From an uncultured Desulfobacterales bacterium (GTDB lineage: Bacteria > Desulfobacterota > Desulfobacteria > Desulfobacterales > C00003060): a stretch of 64,000 bases of DNA. Every line of letters begins with the position of its first letter. Position 1 is the stretch's first letter. The notes below the pieces were generated by a model that was not told where the DNA came from, made no database searches, and saw only the letters and a program-made list of their open reading frames with translations. The stretch is taken from NCBI GenBank assembly GCA_964430705.1, contig CAYSGJ010000178.1, forward strand, positions 2,022 through 66,021, in the 5' to 3' direction. The position numbers and the translations under genes were made by a program. This document shows, in pieces, positions 30,313-38,783 of this stretch.

Positions 30313-30793
30313 AGATTTTGCGAAGATCGGCAATGGCTTTTCTGATGCCGTGGGCGCCGAGACCCGAGGCATAAAGCTGTTCCACCTTTTCCTTGAACTC
30401 CTTTTCCTGGATTTCAGTCTTCTTTTTGTAGGCCTTTTTAATGGCTGCGATCAAGTCATCATGCTCCGCCGGCTTCAGAAGATAGGTGAAGGCATCTTCC
30501 TGGCCGCTTTCCAGGGCCGATTCTATAGAGCCATGACCGGTCAACACGATACACTGCAGAAACGGTTGGATGTCCTTGAGTTTCCGTTGGGTTTCCACCC
30601 CGTCAATACCGGGCATTTTCAGATCGACTACGGCCACGTCAAAATGTTGCTCTTTTGCCACCATGACCGCTTCTTCTCCGGAAAAAGCGGCTTTTACCGT
30701 AAAACCTTGCTTCAGAAGTCTCTTTGATAAGTATTCGATCAGGTTTTCCTCATCGTCCACCAGAAGCACTCGAATTGTCTGTTTTTCAGTCAT
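30299..30793 (-). CDS. stand-alone receiver domain protein (paralogue of 28682..29110)
   Basis: VLLVDDEENLIEYLSKRL, VVDLKMPGIDG, LTGHGS. 14-nt overlap with the kinase gene. Confidence 0.88.
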   Translation of the reverse strand: MTEKQTIRVLLVDDEENLIEYLSKRLLKQGFTVKAAFSGEEAVMVAKEQHFDVAVVDLKMPGIDGVETQRKLKDIQPFLQCIVLTGHGSIESALESGQEDAFTYLLKPAEHDDLIAAIKKAYKKKTEIQEKEFKEKVEQLYASGLGAHGIRKAIADLRKIYGIE

Positions 30794-30839
30794 TAATCTC
30801 TCCTTCAAGATGAAATTCCGGCCGATCAGGCCATTTCCC

Positions 30840-30854
30840 GCAAACAGCGTTCCC
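30840..30854 (-). promoter_or_regulatory. weak sigma54-like promoter candidate for the receiver-kinase operon
   Basis: The minus strand reads GGGAAC-GCTGT-TTGCG. GG and GC have the correct spacing, and there are two mismatches in the -24 hexamer. Lies ~45 nt upstream of ATG 30793. Confidence 0.25.
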
Positions 30855-31040
30855 AAAAACAACGGCCATCCGGATCTTGTACCGGGTGCTTGCTACCAGT
30901 GTCTCGTTAAATTGTCAAGAAAATACCTGAATTGAGACAAACTGATAGTGGGAATATCAACGGGTTAGGTCTTGTAGCGCCCTTTCATTCGGCCGACGTC
31001 ATTTGGCCCCTTACCGTGTCGGCCCGGATGGACGGGAAGC

Positions 31041-31529
31041 CTACCCTCGAGCCACCGCAAGCACTTCCTGCAAAAGGGCTTCTTTGAGCAGGACCCCCAC
31101 TACCACGTCCCCTTCTACAACCGGCAGCCAATCCAGGCCTTTTGAATTCATGAGATGTACCGCTTCGGTCAGGGTGCCGCTTCGGTGAATGACATGGGTG
31201 ACCGGGGACATGACCTCGCCTGCCGGTCTATCCAGAACAGCTATACATTCCTCCTGGAACTGGCCGTGCCAAAAAATGGGAAGCTCCTCCATGGGCTCTG
31301 TTGCAGACTCCATGCGTTTAAGGATGTCGTCAAGGGAAAGAATCCCTACGATTTCTTCTTTGTCGTCCACTTTGTCCACTATCAAAACGACAGGGATAAA
31401 AGGATCTTCACGCTGATCCTGCAGAACCCGAACCCCATCCATGGCCTTTTTCTGTGGAGAAAGCTTCTTCAGGGTTCCCAAATGGATCATCAGGTCTTTG
31501 ATGCGTTTTTCCGTTCTTGCCTTGCCCAT
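31041..31529 (-). CDS. CBS-domain pair protein
   Basis: 162 aa with two CBS-like repeats (GILSLDDIL, VVGVLLKEALL). Confidence 0.8.
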   Translation of the reverse strand: MGKARTEKRIKDLMIHLGTLKKLSPQKKAMDGVRVLQDQREDPFIPVVLIVDKVDDKEEIVGILSLDDILKRMESATEPMEELPIFWHGQFQEECIAVLDRPAGEVMSPVTHVIHRSGTLTEAVHLMNSKGLDWLPVVEGDVVVGVLLKEALLQEVLAVARG

Positions 31530-31911
31530 ATATGCGTCGCCTGTGTGCCTTAGTCTCGACGAAACGACAGTAAAACATCCATGTCTCCTTTATTCAGCAA
31601 GTCACATGCCAGTAGATATTATTGTTTATAATCATTGAATTTTAAGATCTATCCTGCTTGCTCGGCCAAAAAACCCGGAAAGTTATGGGCAAATATTTGC
31701 CGCTATGGGCATAAGCGGACTGGTTTTGTCATTTTCTTGCCGTTCCGCAGGATTGAAGACGCCTCGCGGCAAGCCACGGGGAATGTTCCGTCCGGCGGCA
31801 GAGCTTCGCGTCACCGCAAGGAAAACTGCGCACGGTATATGCACTCGCTGAATCGATTCAAAGGAGAGAAAATGGGGTCCTGCGGGAAAAACGCACGGCC
31901 TTATAAAAAGC

Positions 31912-31953
31912 ACCAGCCTCCGCGTTTTGACCGTGCCGGTGCTTGTTGAGCGA
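31912..31953 (-). terminator. terminator candidate downstream of the Stn-like operon
   Basis: Minus strand: AGCACCGGC...GCTGGTGCT (8/9 pairing) followed by TTTTTAT. The loop is large, so confidence is only moderate. Confidence 0.35.
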
Positions 31954-32062
31954 CCGGAGCGTGGTCATCCGCGTTCGTGATAGTTCCAACATTTTCGGGC
32001 GATACGCGAACACCGCTGCCGGCCTTCAATAGATCGGCGAACCATCATCACCCGCCCTTTCA

Positions 32063-34147
32063 TCAATCGGGCGGCAGCGGCGGTCCGGCGATGGCAAACC
32101 TCAAACGGCATCGCAGGCATCGGTTCGCCTCACCCAGGGCGGTCTTATCATCAAAGGACTTTTCCACCTCCGGAAAACCCGGTTTGAAACGGTCCTTGAC
32201 CGGAATGACCGGCGTTTTCACCCGGCTCATGCGGCCGAACCCTTGGATGACTCCCAGGCGCGGGTCGGGTCCTTCCCGTTCATACAAACGTTGCGTGATG
32301 TCGCCGTCGCCTCCCAGATATTTGTCAATGGCTACGGCTGCCCTCCTTCCCGCCTCGATAGCCTGAATAACAGTAGCCGGCCCGGAAACCACGTCGCCGC
32401 CGGCGAAAACTCCTTCTCGGGAAGACGCCAGGGTATTTTCATCTGCGGCAATACGCCCTCCCCTGTCCAGGTCCACCGAAAAGCCTTGAGGCACCTCGGA
32501 ACGTTGCCCGATGGATACGATGAGCCGGTCCACGGCCATCACGAACTCAGAACCCGGCATGGGCTCCGGTCGCCGTCGTCCGCTGTCGTCCGGCTCACCC
32601 AGGACCATCCGAATACACCTGACCGAAAGTCCCGCTTCACCCTTCATAACTTTTACAGGCGCAACAAGAAACTGGAAATCCACGCCTTCTTCCAGGGCGC
32701 CTTCAATTTCCTCCGGCATGGCGGGCATTTCCTCCCGGCTCCGGCGATAGAGTATATGGGCCTTTTCAACGCCCAGCCGCAAGGCAACCCGGGCCGCATC
32801 GATCGCCACATTGCCCCCTCCGACGACCGCAACAATCTTTCCCAGGTCCACGGGTCGGCCGAAATTGACCGCCTTGAGCAGGGAAATTCCTTCCAGAACC
32901 CGTGAATCGTCCTCGCCCGGAATGCCCATCTTGATCCCCGCGCAAGCCCCCACGGCCATAAACACGGCATCCGCACCCGCCTCAAAAAGGACATCCACCG
33001 ATTCCACCGCAGAGTTGGTCTTGATCACCACCCCGAGGTCCTCGATGATCTTGATCTCGCTTTCCAGCGCGTCTTCAGGCAGCCGGTACCGGGGAATGCC
33101 TCCGCGCATCATCCCGCCCGGCTTTTCCCACGCCTCGTAGACCGTCACATCATGTCCCTTCAGGCGCAGAAAATACGCCGCGGTCAGGCCCGCCGGACCT
33201 GATCCGACGACGGCCACCTTTTTGCCGGTGGCCGGGGCTACCTTGAGTCGTTCCCGCCACTTGCCGTCATCCCGATCGGCCACGAAGCGTTTCAGTTGGC
33301 GAATACAGATCGCCTCGTCGATGCCGCCTCTACGACAAACCGTTTCGCACGGGTGGGGGCAGACGCACCCCAGGGTAAGCGGAAAGGGAACCGTCTCTCT
33401 GATCACCGCAAGGGCATCGGCGTATCTTTTTTGGGCAATAAGGCCCACATAGGCGGCCACATCGATATGCGCCGGACATTCGGCACCGCAAGGGATCAGC
33501 CGGTCTTCTCGTTCCTCCTGTGAAAAGGACACCTTGTCCCGCAGGGCGCCGGTGGGACAAACCTCCACACAGGCCCCGCAAAAACGACAGTCCGTGTCCC
33601 GCATGGGCGCGTCGTAGCACGACGTCACACGACTCATCATCCCCCGGTCCACCACCCCGATGGCCCCCACGCCCCGGATCTCCTTGCATGCCCGGTAACA
33701 GCGCCCACAGAGAATACACAGGTTGGGGTCCCGAATAAAAAGCGGATCGTCTTCGGCCACGGGGAGGTTTTTCGGCTCACAGGTGAACCCGGGCAACAGG
33801 TCGCTGACGCCGATATAATCAACCACCTTTCTGAACTGGGTGTTTTTGTCCACCCGATCGGCGGGACATTCGGAAACAAGCAGCCAGACGATGTTCTTCC
33901 TCAACTCCTGGAGCGTTTTGGTGTTTGTTCGCACTACCATGCCGTCCTGAACAGCCGTGGTGCATGAAACCGGAAGCCCGCGCATGCCCTCAATTTCGAC
34001 AATGCAAAGCCGGCAGGCGCCGGTGGGGTTCAAGTCCGGATGGTAACACAGGTTCGGAATATAGATGCCGTTTTCCAGGGCGGCTTCGAGAACCGTGGCG
34101 TCATTCCTGACCTCCAGGTCTTTGCCGTCGATGTTGATCCTAGCCAT
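32063..34147 (-). CDS. Fe-S / GltD-like NAD(P)H oxidoreductase fusion (StnC-like)
   Basis: NuoG/HydA-type N-terminus (2Fe-2S: CYHPDL..GACRLC; 4Fe-4S: CILCGRCYRAC, CRFCGACVEVCP). This is followed by a glutamate-synthase small-subunit-like part with two dinucleotide sites (VVGSGPAGL, VVGGGNVAID). Confidence 0.85.
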   Translation of the reverse strand: MARINIDGKDLEVRNDATVLEAALENGIYIPNLCYHPDLNPTGACRLCIVEIEGMRGLPVSCTTAVQDGMVVRTNTKTLQELRKNIVWLLVSECPADRVDKNTQFRKVVDYIGVSDLLPGFTCEPKNLPVAEDDPLFIRDPNLCILCGRCYRACKEIRGVGAIGVVDRGMMSRVTSCYDAPMRDTDCRFCGACVEVCPTGALRDKVSFSQEEREDRLIPCGAECPAHIDVAAYVGLIAQKRYADALAVIRETVPFPLTLGCVCPHPCETVCRRGGIDEAICIRQLKRFVADRDDGKWRERLKVAPATGKKVAVVGSGPAGLTAAYFLRLKGHDVTVYEAWEKPGGMMRGGIPRYRLPEDALESEIKIIEDLGVVIKTNSAVESVDVLFEAGADAVFMAVGACAGIKMGIPGEDDSRVLEGISLLKAVNFGRPVDLGKIVAVVGGGNVAIDAARVALRLGVEKAHILYRRSREEMPAMPEEIEGALEEGVDFQFLVAPVKVMKGEAGLSVRCIRMVLGEPDDSGRRRPEPMPGSEFVMAVDRLIVSIGQRSEVPQGFSVDLDRGGRIAADENTLASSREGVFAGGDVVSGPATVIQAIEAGRRAAVAIDKYLGGDGDITQRLYEREGPDPRLGVIQGFGRMSRVKTPVIPVKDRFKPGFPEVEKSFDDKTALGEANRCLRCRLRFAIAGPPLPPD

Positions 34148-34156
34148 GAGGTCGCC

Positions 34157-35911
34157 TCATCGAATAGCCATAAAATCGCAGGCCATCACACATGATTTAC
34201 ATTGAATGCATTTTTCCTTGTCGATCTTGGCGTACTGCTTCTTCTTCCAGGTAATCGCGTCGGCAGGGCACACACTATAACAGCGGCCGCATTTTGTGCA
34301 TGCCGATTCGTCCACGACGAATTCGAGCAACGCCGTGCAGGCATGGGCGGGACACTCGCGATCTCGGATATGAGCCGCATATTCGTCCCGAAAATAATTG
34401 AGCGTGGTCAGCACCGGATTGGGCGCCGTGTTGCCGAGGCCGCACAGGGAGGCGTTTTTCACGGTATCAGCCATGGCCTCGAGGAACACCAGGTGTTCCT
34501 CCTTGCCCCGCCCTGCGGTGATTTCTTCCAGCACCTCAAGCATTCTCTTGAGTCCCACCCGGCACGGCACGCATTTGCCGCAGGACTCCTCCACGGTGAA
34601 CCGAAGAAAATACCGGGCCAAATCCACCATGCAGGTCTTCTGGTCCATGATGATCATGCCGCCCGAGCCCATGATCGCGCCGGTCTGATTTATCGAATCG
34701 TAGTCAATGGGCAGGTCCGCCAAGTGCTCGGGAATACAACCGCCCGAGGGGCCGCCCATCTGAACGCCCTTGAGCTTCAGCAACTTCCTGGCCATGCCGC
34801 CGCCCGGCCCCATAATGAGATCCCGTATGGTGGTTCCCATGGGCACTTCCACCAGGCCGGTATTTTTGACCTTGCCGGCTATGGCAAAGACTTTGGTTCC
34901 TTTTGACTTCTCCGTTCCGATGGCCGCATACCAATCGGCGCCTCTCAGGATGATGTGACGCAGATTGGCAAGGGTCTCGACGTTGTTGATGATGGTCGGT
35001 TTATCAAAGAGCCCTTTTTGCGCGGGAAAGGGAGGGCGGGTCCTGGGCATTCCCCGGCGGCCCTCGATAGACGCCAGCAGGGCGGTTTCTTCGCCGCAGA
35101 CAAACGCCCCGGCCCCTTGAACCACGTGGATGTGAAAAGAAAACCCGCTGCCCTGAATGTTGTCTCCAAGAAACCCCTTGTCCATGGCCTGCCCGATGGC
35201 GATGTCCAGGCGTTTGATGGCCAGGGGATATTCCGCACGACAGTACACATAGCCCTCTTGGCCTCCGATGGCATATCCGGCGATGATCATCCCTTCTAAA
35301 ACCGCATGGGGATCGCCTTCCAGCACGCTCCGGTCCATGAAGGCCCCGGGGTCGCCTTCGTCCGCGTTGCAGACAACGTATTTGACGTCGCCTTCCGCCC
35401 CGCGGCCGAACTGCCATTTCAGTCCTGTAGGAAATCCCGCCCCGCCGCGGCCACGGAGCCCCGATTTTTTCACCTCCTCGATCACCGCTTCGGGAGTCAT
35501 CTGCAGGACTTTCTTCAGGGCGTCGTATCCGCCCGCGGCCACGTAGGCATCCACGTTTTCCGGGTCGATCTCGCCACAGTGGCCCAGCACGACGCGCATC
35601 TGTCCCTCAAAAAACCGATGGTAGTCGTCCCCGGCCAACAGGTCCTTTACCGGCTCGCCGCCCACGAGGTGCTCTGTAACGATTCTGCCCACGTGTTCGG
35701 CCTTGATGTATTCGTATATTATCCGCTCCTTGCCCTCGGCGATCACATCAACGAGAACATCCCGGAACAGACCGCGGTCACCGACCCGAACCACCTCGAA
35801 TACATCGGAAAGACGGTGCGCTTTCAGCTCGGACCGGAAGGCCTCGGCCACCATTTCGGCCCCGGATGAAATACCGCTGGATCCCATACATATAAGTATT
35901 TTCCCTGCCAT
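34157..35911 (-). CDS. NuoF/HydB-type NADH-binding FMN flavoprotein (StnB-like)
   Basis: GRGGAGFPTGLKW, CGKCVPCR, and C-terminal 2x[4Fe-4S] motifs (CTKCGRCYSVCP, CIQCKSCVMAC). N-terminal thioredoxin-like extension. Confidence 0.92.
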   Translation of the reverse strand: MAGKILICMGSSGISSGAEMVAEAFRSELKAHRLSDVFEVVRVGDRGLFRDVLVDVIAEGKERIIYEYIKAEHVGRIVTEHLVGGEPVKDLLAGDDYHRFFEGQMRVVLGHCGEIDPENVDAYVAAGGYDALKKVLQMTPEAVIEEVKKSGLRGRGGAGFPTGLKWQFGRGAEGDVKYVVCNADEGDPGAFMDRSVLEGDPHAVLEGMIIAGYAIGGQEGYVYCRAEYPLAIKRLDIAIGQAMDKGFLGDNIQGSGFSFHIHVVQGAGAFVCGEETALLASIEGRRGMPRTRPPFPAQKGLFDKPTIINNVETLANLRHIILRGADWYAAIGTEKSKGTKVFAIAGKVKNTGLVEVPMGTTIRDLIMGPGGGMARKLLKLKGVQMGGPSGGCIPEHLADLPIDYDSINQTGAIMGSGGMIIMDQKTCMVDLARYFLRFTVEESCGKCVPCRVGLKRMLEVLEEITAGRGKEEHLVFLEAMADTVKNASLCGLGNTAPNPVLTTLNYFRDEYAAHIRDRECPAHACTALLEFVVDESACTKCGRCYSVCPADAITWKKKQYAKIDKEKCIQCKSCVMACDFMAIR

Positions 35912-36403
35912 TTAAGCAACCTTTTCCGGTTTGTTGAACGCATCAAGGATCTGGTCCACGCCCTGCACCGTCATATTGCCGTGGAGATTGCCGTCGACGG
36001 CCACAACGGGCCCCATGCCGCAGCACCCCAAACACGCCACGGTTTCCAATGTAAAAAACCCGTCCTCGGTGGTCTCTTCGGGGACAATGTCCAGCCGCCG
36101 GGATACATGATCCAGGATGTCCCGCCCTCCCAAAATGTAACACGCCGTACCCTGGCAAACCTTGATCGTATGCTCGCCGCGAGGTTCAAGATAAAACTGC
36201 GCATAAAACGTCAATACGCCGTAAATCTCCACGGAGAGTATGCCGAAGGCGTCGGCAATCAGCGCAACGGCCTCTTCGGGCACATATCCATAGTGCGCCT
36301 GAATTTCCTGAAGCAGGGGGATCAACACGATCTTTCGCCCTTCATAGGAGCGAATAATGCGTTTCGCTTCCGCCAAGTCTACTGTGTTGCGAGGTCCGGT
36401 CAT
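35912..36403 (-). CDS. NuoE/HydC-type [2Fe-2S] subunit (StnA-like)
   Basis: CQGTACYILGG...CLGCCGMGP cluster motif. Directly abuts the NuoF-like gene. Confidence 0.9.
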   Translation of the reverse strand: MTGPRNTVDLAEAKRIIRSYEGRKIVLIPLLQEIQAHYGYVPEEAVALIADAFGILSVEIYGVLTFYAQFYLEPRGEHTIKVCQGTACYILGGRDILDHVSRRLDIVPEETTEDGFFTLETVACLGCCGMGPVVAVDGNLHGNMTVQGVDQILDAFNKPEKVA

Positions 36404-36431
36404 AAACCACCCCTTTTTGTATGGTTGCGGT

Positions 36432-36461
36432 TATATAGAAACAATGAAGAGGCTGTGTCAA
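36432..36461 (-). promoter_or_regulatory. sigma70-type promoter candidate for the Stn-like operon
   Basis: Minus strand: TTGACA (36461-36456), 18 nt, TATATA (36437-36432), ~30 nt upstream of the ATG. Confidence 0.4.
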
Positions 36462-36532
36462 CCCGAAAGCCTTTTGTAAGGTACCGAACCAACAAATTGT
36501 GCCCGCCTCCGGACCACGGACTGCCTTTCAAA

Positions 36533-36860
36533 AAAATCCGGCCACCGGACACTCAAGTTCATATGAAAAGGAGGCCGAATGGGTATTGAGTCGTAAGCCG
36601 GGCAAGTGTTTGAGGTGTCTAGGCCGCGTTTGGACGGCCGCAACGCAATCAGGTTGGCACACGGCAAGTACCATGGGTCACAGATGTCATGGTCTTTCTC
36701 TTTTATCGGCCGGCCTTACGCGGCCTTGACGCCGAGTTTTGGCCGGCTGGCGGATCGATGCCCATCGGCCGGCCGAGACACGACTTGAACTTTTTAGATA
36801 ACCGTAAATCCGAATATCTAATTTTGAAATTGCGGCTTGCGCCTTGAAAACAGTACGTGC
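36533..36860. repeat. left (interrupted) arm of an inverted repeat pair
   Basis: 36552-36577 is the reverse complement of 41961-41986 (25/26). 36806-36860 is the reverse complement of 41901-41955 (52/55). The two blocks are ~225 nt apart here but adjacent in the right arm. Alignment was done by hand. Confidence 0.8.
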
Positions 36861-36880
36861 TTCGGTTTTCGAATTTATCT
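36818..36880 (-). pseudogene. relic of the 3' end of a paralogue of the 41521..41943 gene
   Basis: The minus strand reads ...HVLFSRRKPQFQN-stop, against HVSFSRRKPQFRN-stop at 41903-41943. No intact ORF lies upstream of it. Confidence 0.4.
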
Positions 36881-37216
36881 TGGACCTAACTTCGGCAAAG
36901 CCTTAACAATTCTGACCTGGCCCTGAGGACCAGGTTTTAAAAGAACCAAACAAACGTCGGAATTTTGACAACCAAAGGCGCCGCACTTTCAGGTCTCGTG
37001 CTTCGCCACAGGGGTTTTTTACGAAAAACACGCCTAACCACTCGACAACACTGGTTTTCTTATTTCCTATCGAGATCAGGCACAATTTGTGCTTTCACTG
37101 TCCAAGAGGAACCCGTCGGGCCCTGGATGCGGGTCTGCCTCATTGCAACCCGGTAAGCAAAGACCACGCTGTAAAACACGGCCCGGCTTATCGCTCATGA
37201 TTTTGAAGGCAATTGA

Positions 37217-38128
37217 ATGAAAATACTGATCGCCGAAGACAACCCCGTCTCTCGACAGGTTCTGAAAACCAGGTTGACCAAGTGGGGCTATAACGTGCTG
37301 TGCGCCGCCAACGGCGCTGAGGCATGGGAGATGCTCCAGAAAATAGACGCACCCGCACTGGCCATTTTAGACTGGATGATGCCTGAAATCGATGGGGTGG
37401 AGCTGTGTCGAAGGATCCGAAAAAAAGGCGACGAACCATATACCTATATCCTTTTGCTGACGGCCAGGGATGAAAAAGAAGATGTGGTGCTGGCCATGGA
37501 CGCCGGAGCCGACGATTATATCATCAAACCGCCCCATCCCAGTGAACTGCAGGCCCGTCTTCGGGCCGGCCGTCGCGTTATAGAGTTGCAACAACGGCTT
37601 GTCGACACGCAGGAAGCGCTCAGGATTCAAGCCACGCATGATACCCTGACGGGGCTTTGGAACCGGTCCGCGATTCAGGATATTCTCCACCGTGAACTGG
37701 AACGGGCCAAGCGCAAAGAAACGCCCATCGCCGTAGCCATGGCCGATCTGGACCACTTCAAAAAAGTGAACGATTCCTTGGGCCATATGGCCGGCGACAC
37801 GGTGTTGCGGGAAGTGGCGCTCAGGCTCCGGGCCGCCACACGAAACTATGATGCCGTCGGGAGATTCGGCGGGGAGGAGTTCTTGATTGTCTTTCCCGGA
37901 GCAAACGAAAAGCACGCCCTGAGGGCGGCGGAAAGGATCCGTGCGTCCGTAGGCGAAAAACCGGTAACCCTGCCGGACCGGATGTTGCCCATTACGATGT
38001 CTATCGGCGTGACCGCCACCAATCCCACCACTCAGGCGGGCGATACGGAAACCCTTATCCACGTGGCTGATCAGGCCCTTTACACGGCAAAAGCCCGGGG
38101 CAGAAACCGTGTCGAATTCGGCAAATAG
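37217..38128 (+). CDS. response regulator-diguanylate cyclase (REC-GGDEF)
   Basis: REC (ILIAEDNP, ILDWMMPEIDG). GGDEF domain with an intact GGEEF and an RxxD I-site (RNYD-AVGRF-GGEEF). Confidence 0.92.
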   Translation: MKILIAEDNPVSRQVLKTRLTKWGYNVLCAANGAEAWEMLQKIDAPALAILDWMMPEIDGVELCRRIRKKGDEPYTYILLLTARDEKEDVVLAMDAGADDYIIKPPHPSELQARLRAGRRVIELQQRLVDTQEALRIQATHDTLTGLWNRSAIQDILHRELERAKRKETPIAVAMADLDHFKKVNDSLGHMAGDTVLREVALRLRAATRNYDAVGRFGGEEFLIVFPGANEKHALRAAERIRASVGEKPVTLPDRMLPITMSIGVTATNPTTQAGDTETLIHVADQALYTAKARGRNRVEFGK

Positions 38129-38208
38129 TCAAGGAGCCTCAGCGCCCTGCCGAGATGAGCAATGCGGCGGTTCCTGCGACACACAATGCACACAGGAGGC
38201 GATTGACC

Positions 38209-38778
38209 ATGGCAAAGCGGTACAGAAGAACCAAGGTTTTTATTCATCCTTCCAGCCAGCTCAAATATATTGCCTTCAGCATCATCCCGGCCCTGCTGAT
38301 GACTTTTTATTGTACATATTCGCTGATCGCGAGCGGGCAGGTCGTGCTCAGGGCGGCCAAGGAAAAACCTCTGGTGCCCGTGTACGCCATCCGGCAGACC
38401 ATCGCCGCCTTGGAAAAGGACGGGTACTCAACGGATACGGCCGCAAAGGTGACTGTTCTCCGGGGGCAACTGGAATCGCTGAAAAACGCCCTGGAAACCG
38501 CGTATGTGGATACCCTGACCGAGTGGCACGACACGAAACGCGCGATATTCGTGCTGCTGTTCTTTGCCCTTCTGTTTGTAGGGCTCACCTCGCTTGTCTT
38601 TTCCCACAGAATCGCCGGCCCTCTTTTTAGAATACGCACCTGTGTGGACATGCTGGCCCAAGGCAAAAACATGCCGCCCATCCGCCTGCGCAGGCGCGAC
38701 GAGTTCAAGGAACTGGCGGCTTCCGTGGAAAACCTGAGAACCGTTCTCAATGAGAAGGGAATATTGGAAAACCGGTAA
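38209..38778 (+). CDS. two-TM HAMP-only membrane protein
   Basis: ATG at 38209 follows AGGAGG. Basic N-terminus, TM1, an ~85-aa helical periplasmic loop, TM2, then a HAMP-like segment (HRIAGPLFRI...RDEFKELAASVENL). The protein ends there. Confidence 0.7.
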   Translation: MAKRYRRTKVFIHPSSQLKYIAFSIIPALLMTFYCTYSLIASGQVVLRAAKEKPLVPVYAIRQTIAALEKDGYSTDTAAKVTVLRGQLESLKNALETAYVDTLTEWHDTKRAIFVLLFFALLFVGLTSLVFSHRIAGPLFRIRTCVDMLAQGKNMPPIRLRRRDEFKELAASVENLRTVLNEKGILENR

Positions 38779-38783
38779 TAGAC

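Noticed and set aside
31635-31949. 104-aa plus-strand ORF in the CBS/Stn intergenic region
   Set aside because: It has no RBS and a basic low-complexity translation. It also overlaps the probable Stn terminator. It is treated as non-coding, and the region could still hold an uncharacterised RNA.
36652-36667. TGGCAC-ACGGC-AAGT upstream of the c-di-GMP operon
   Set aside because: The -24 hexamer is perfect, but no TTGC-type -12 element is present at the right spacing. It also lies >500 nt from the first gene.
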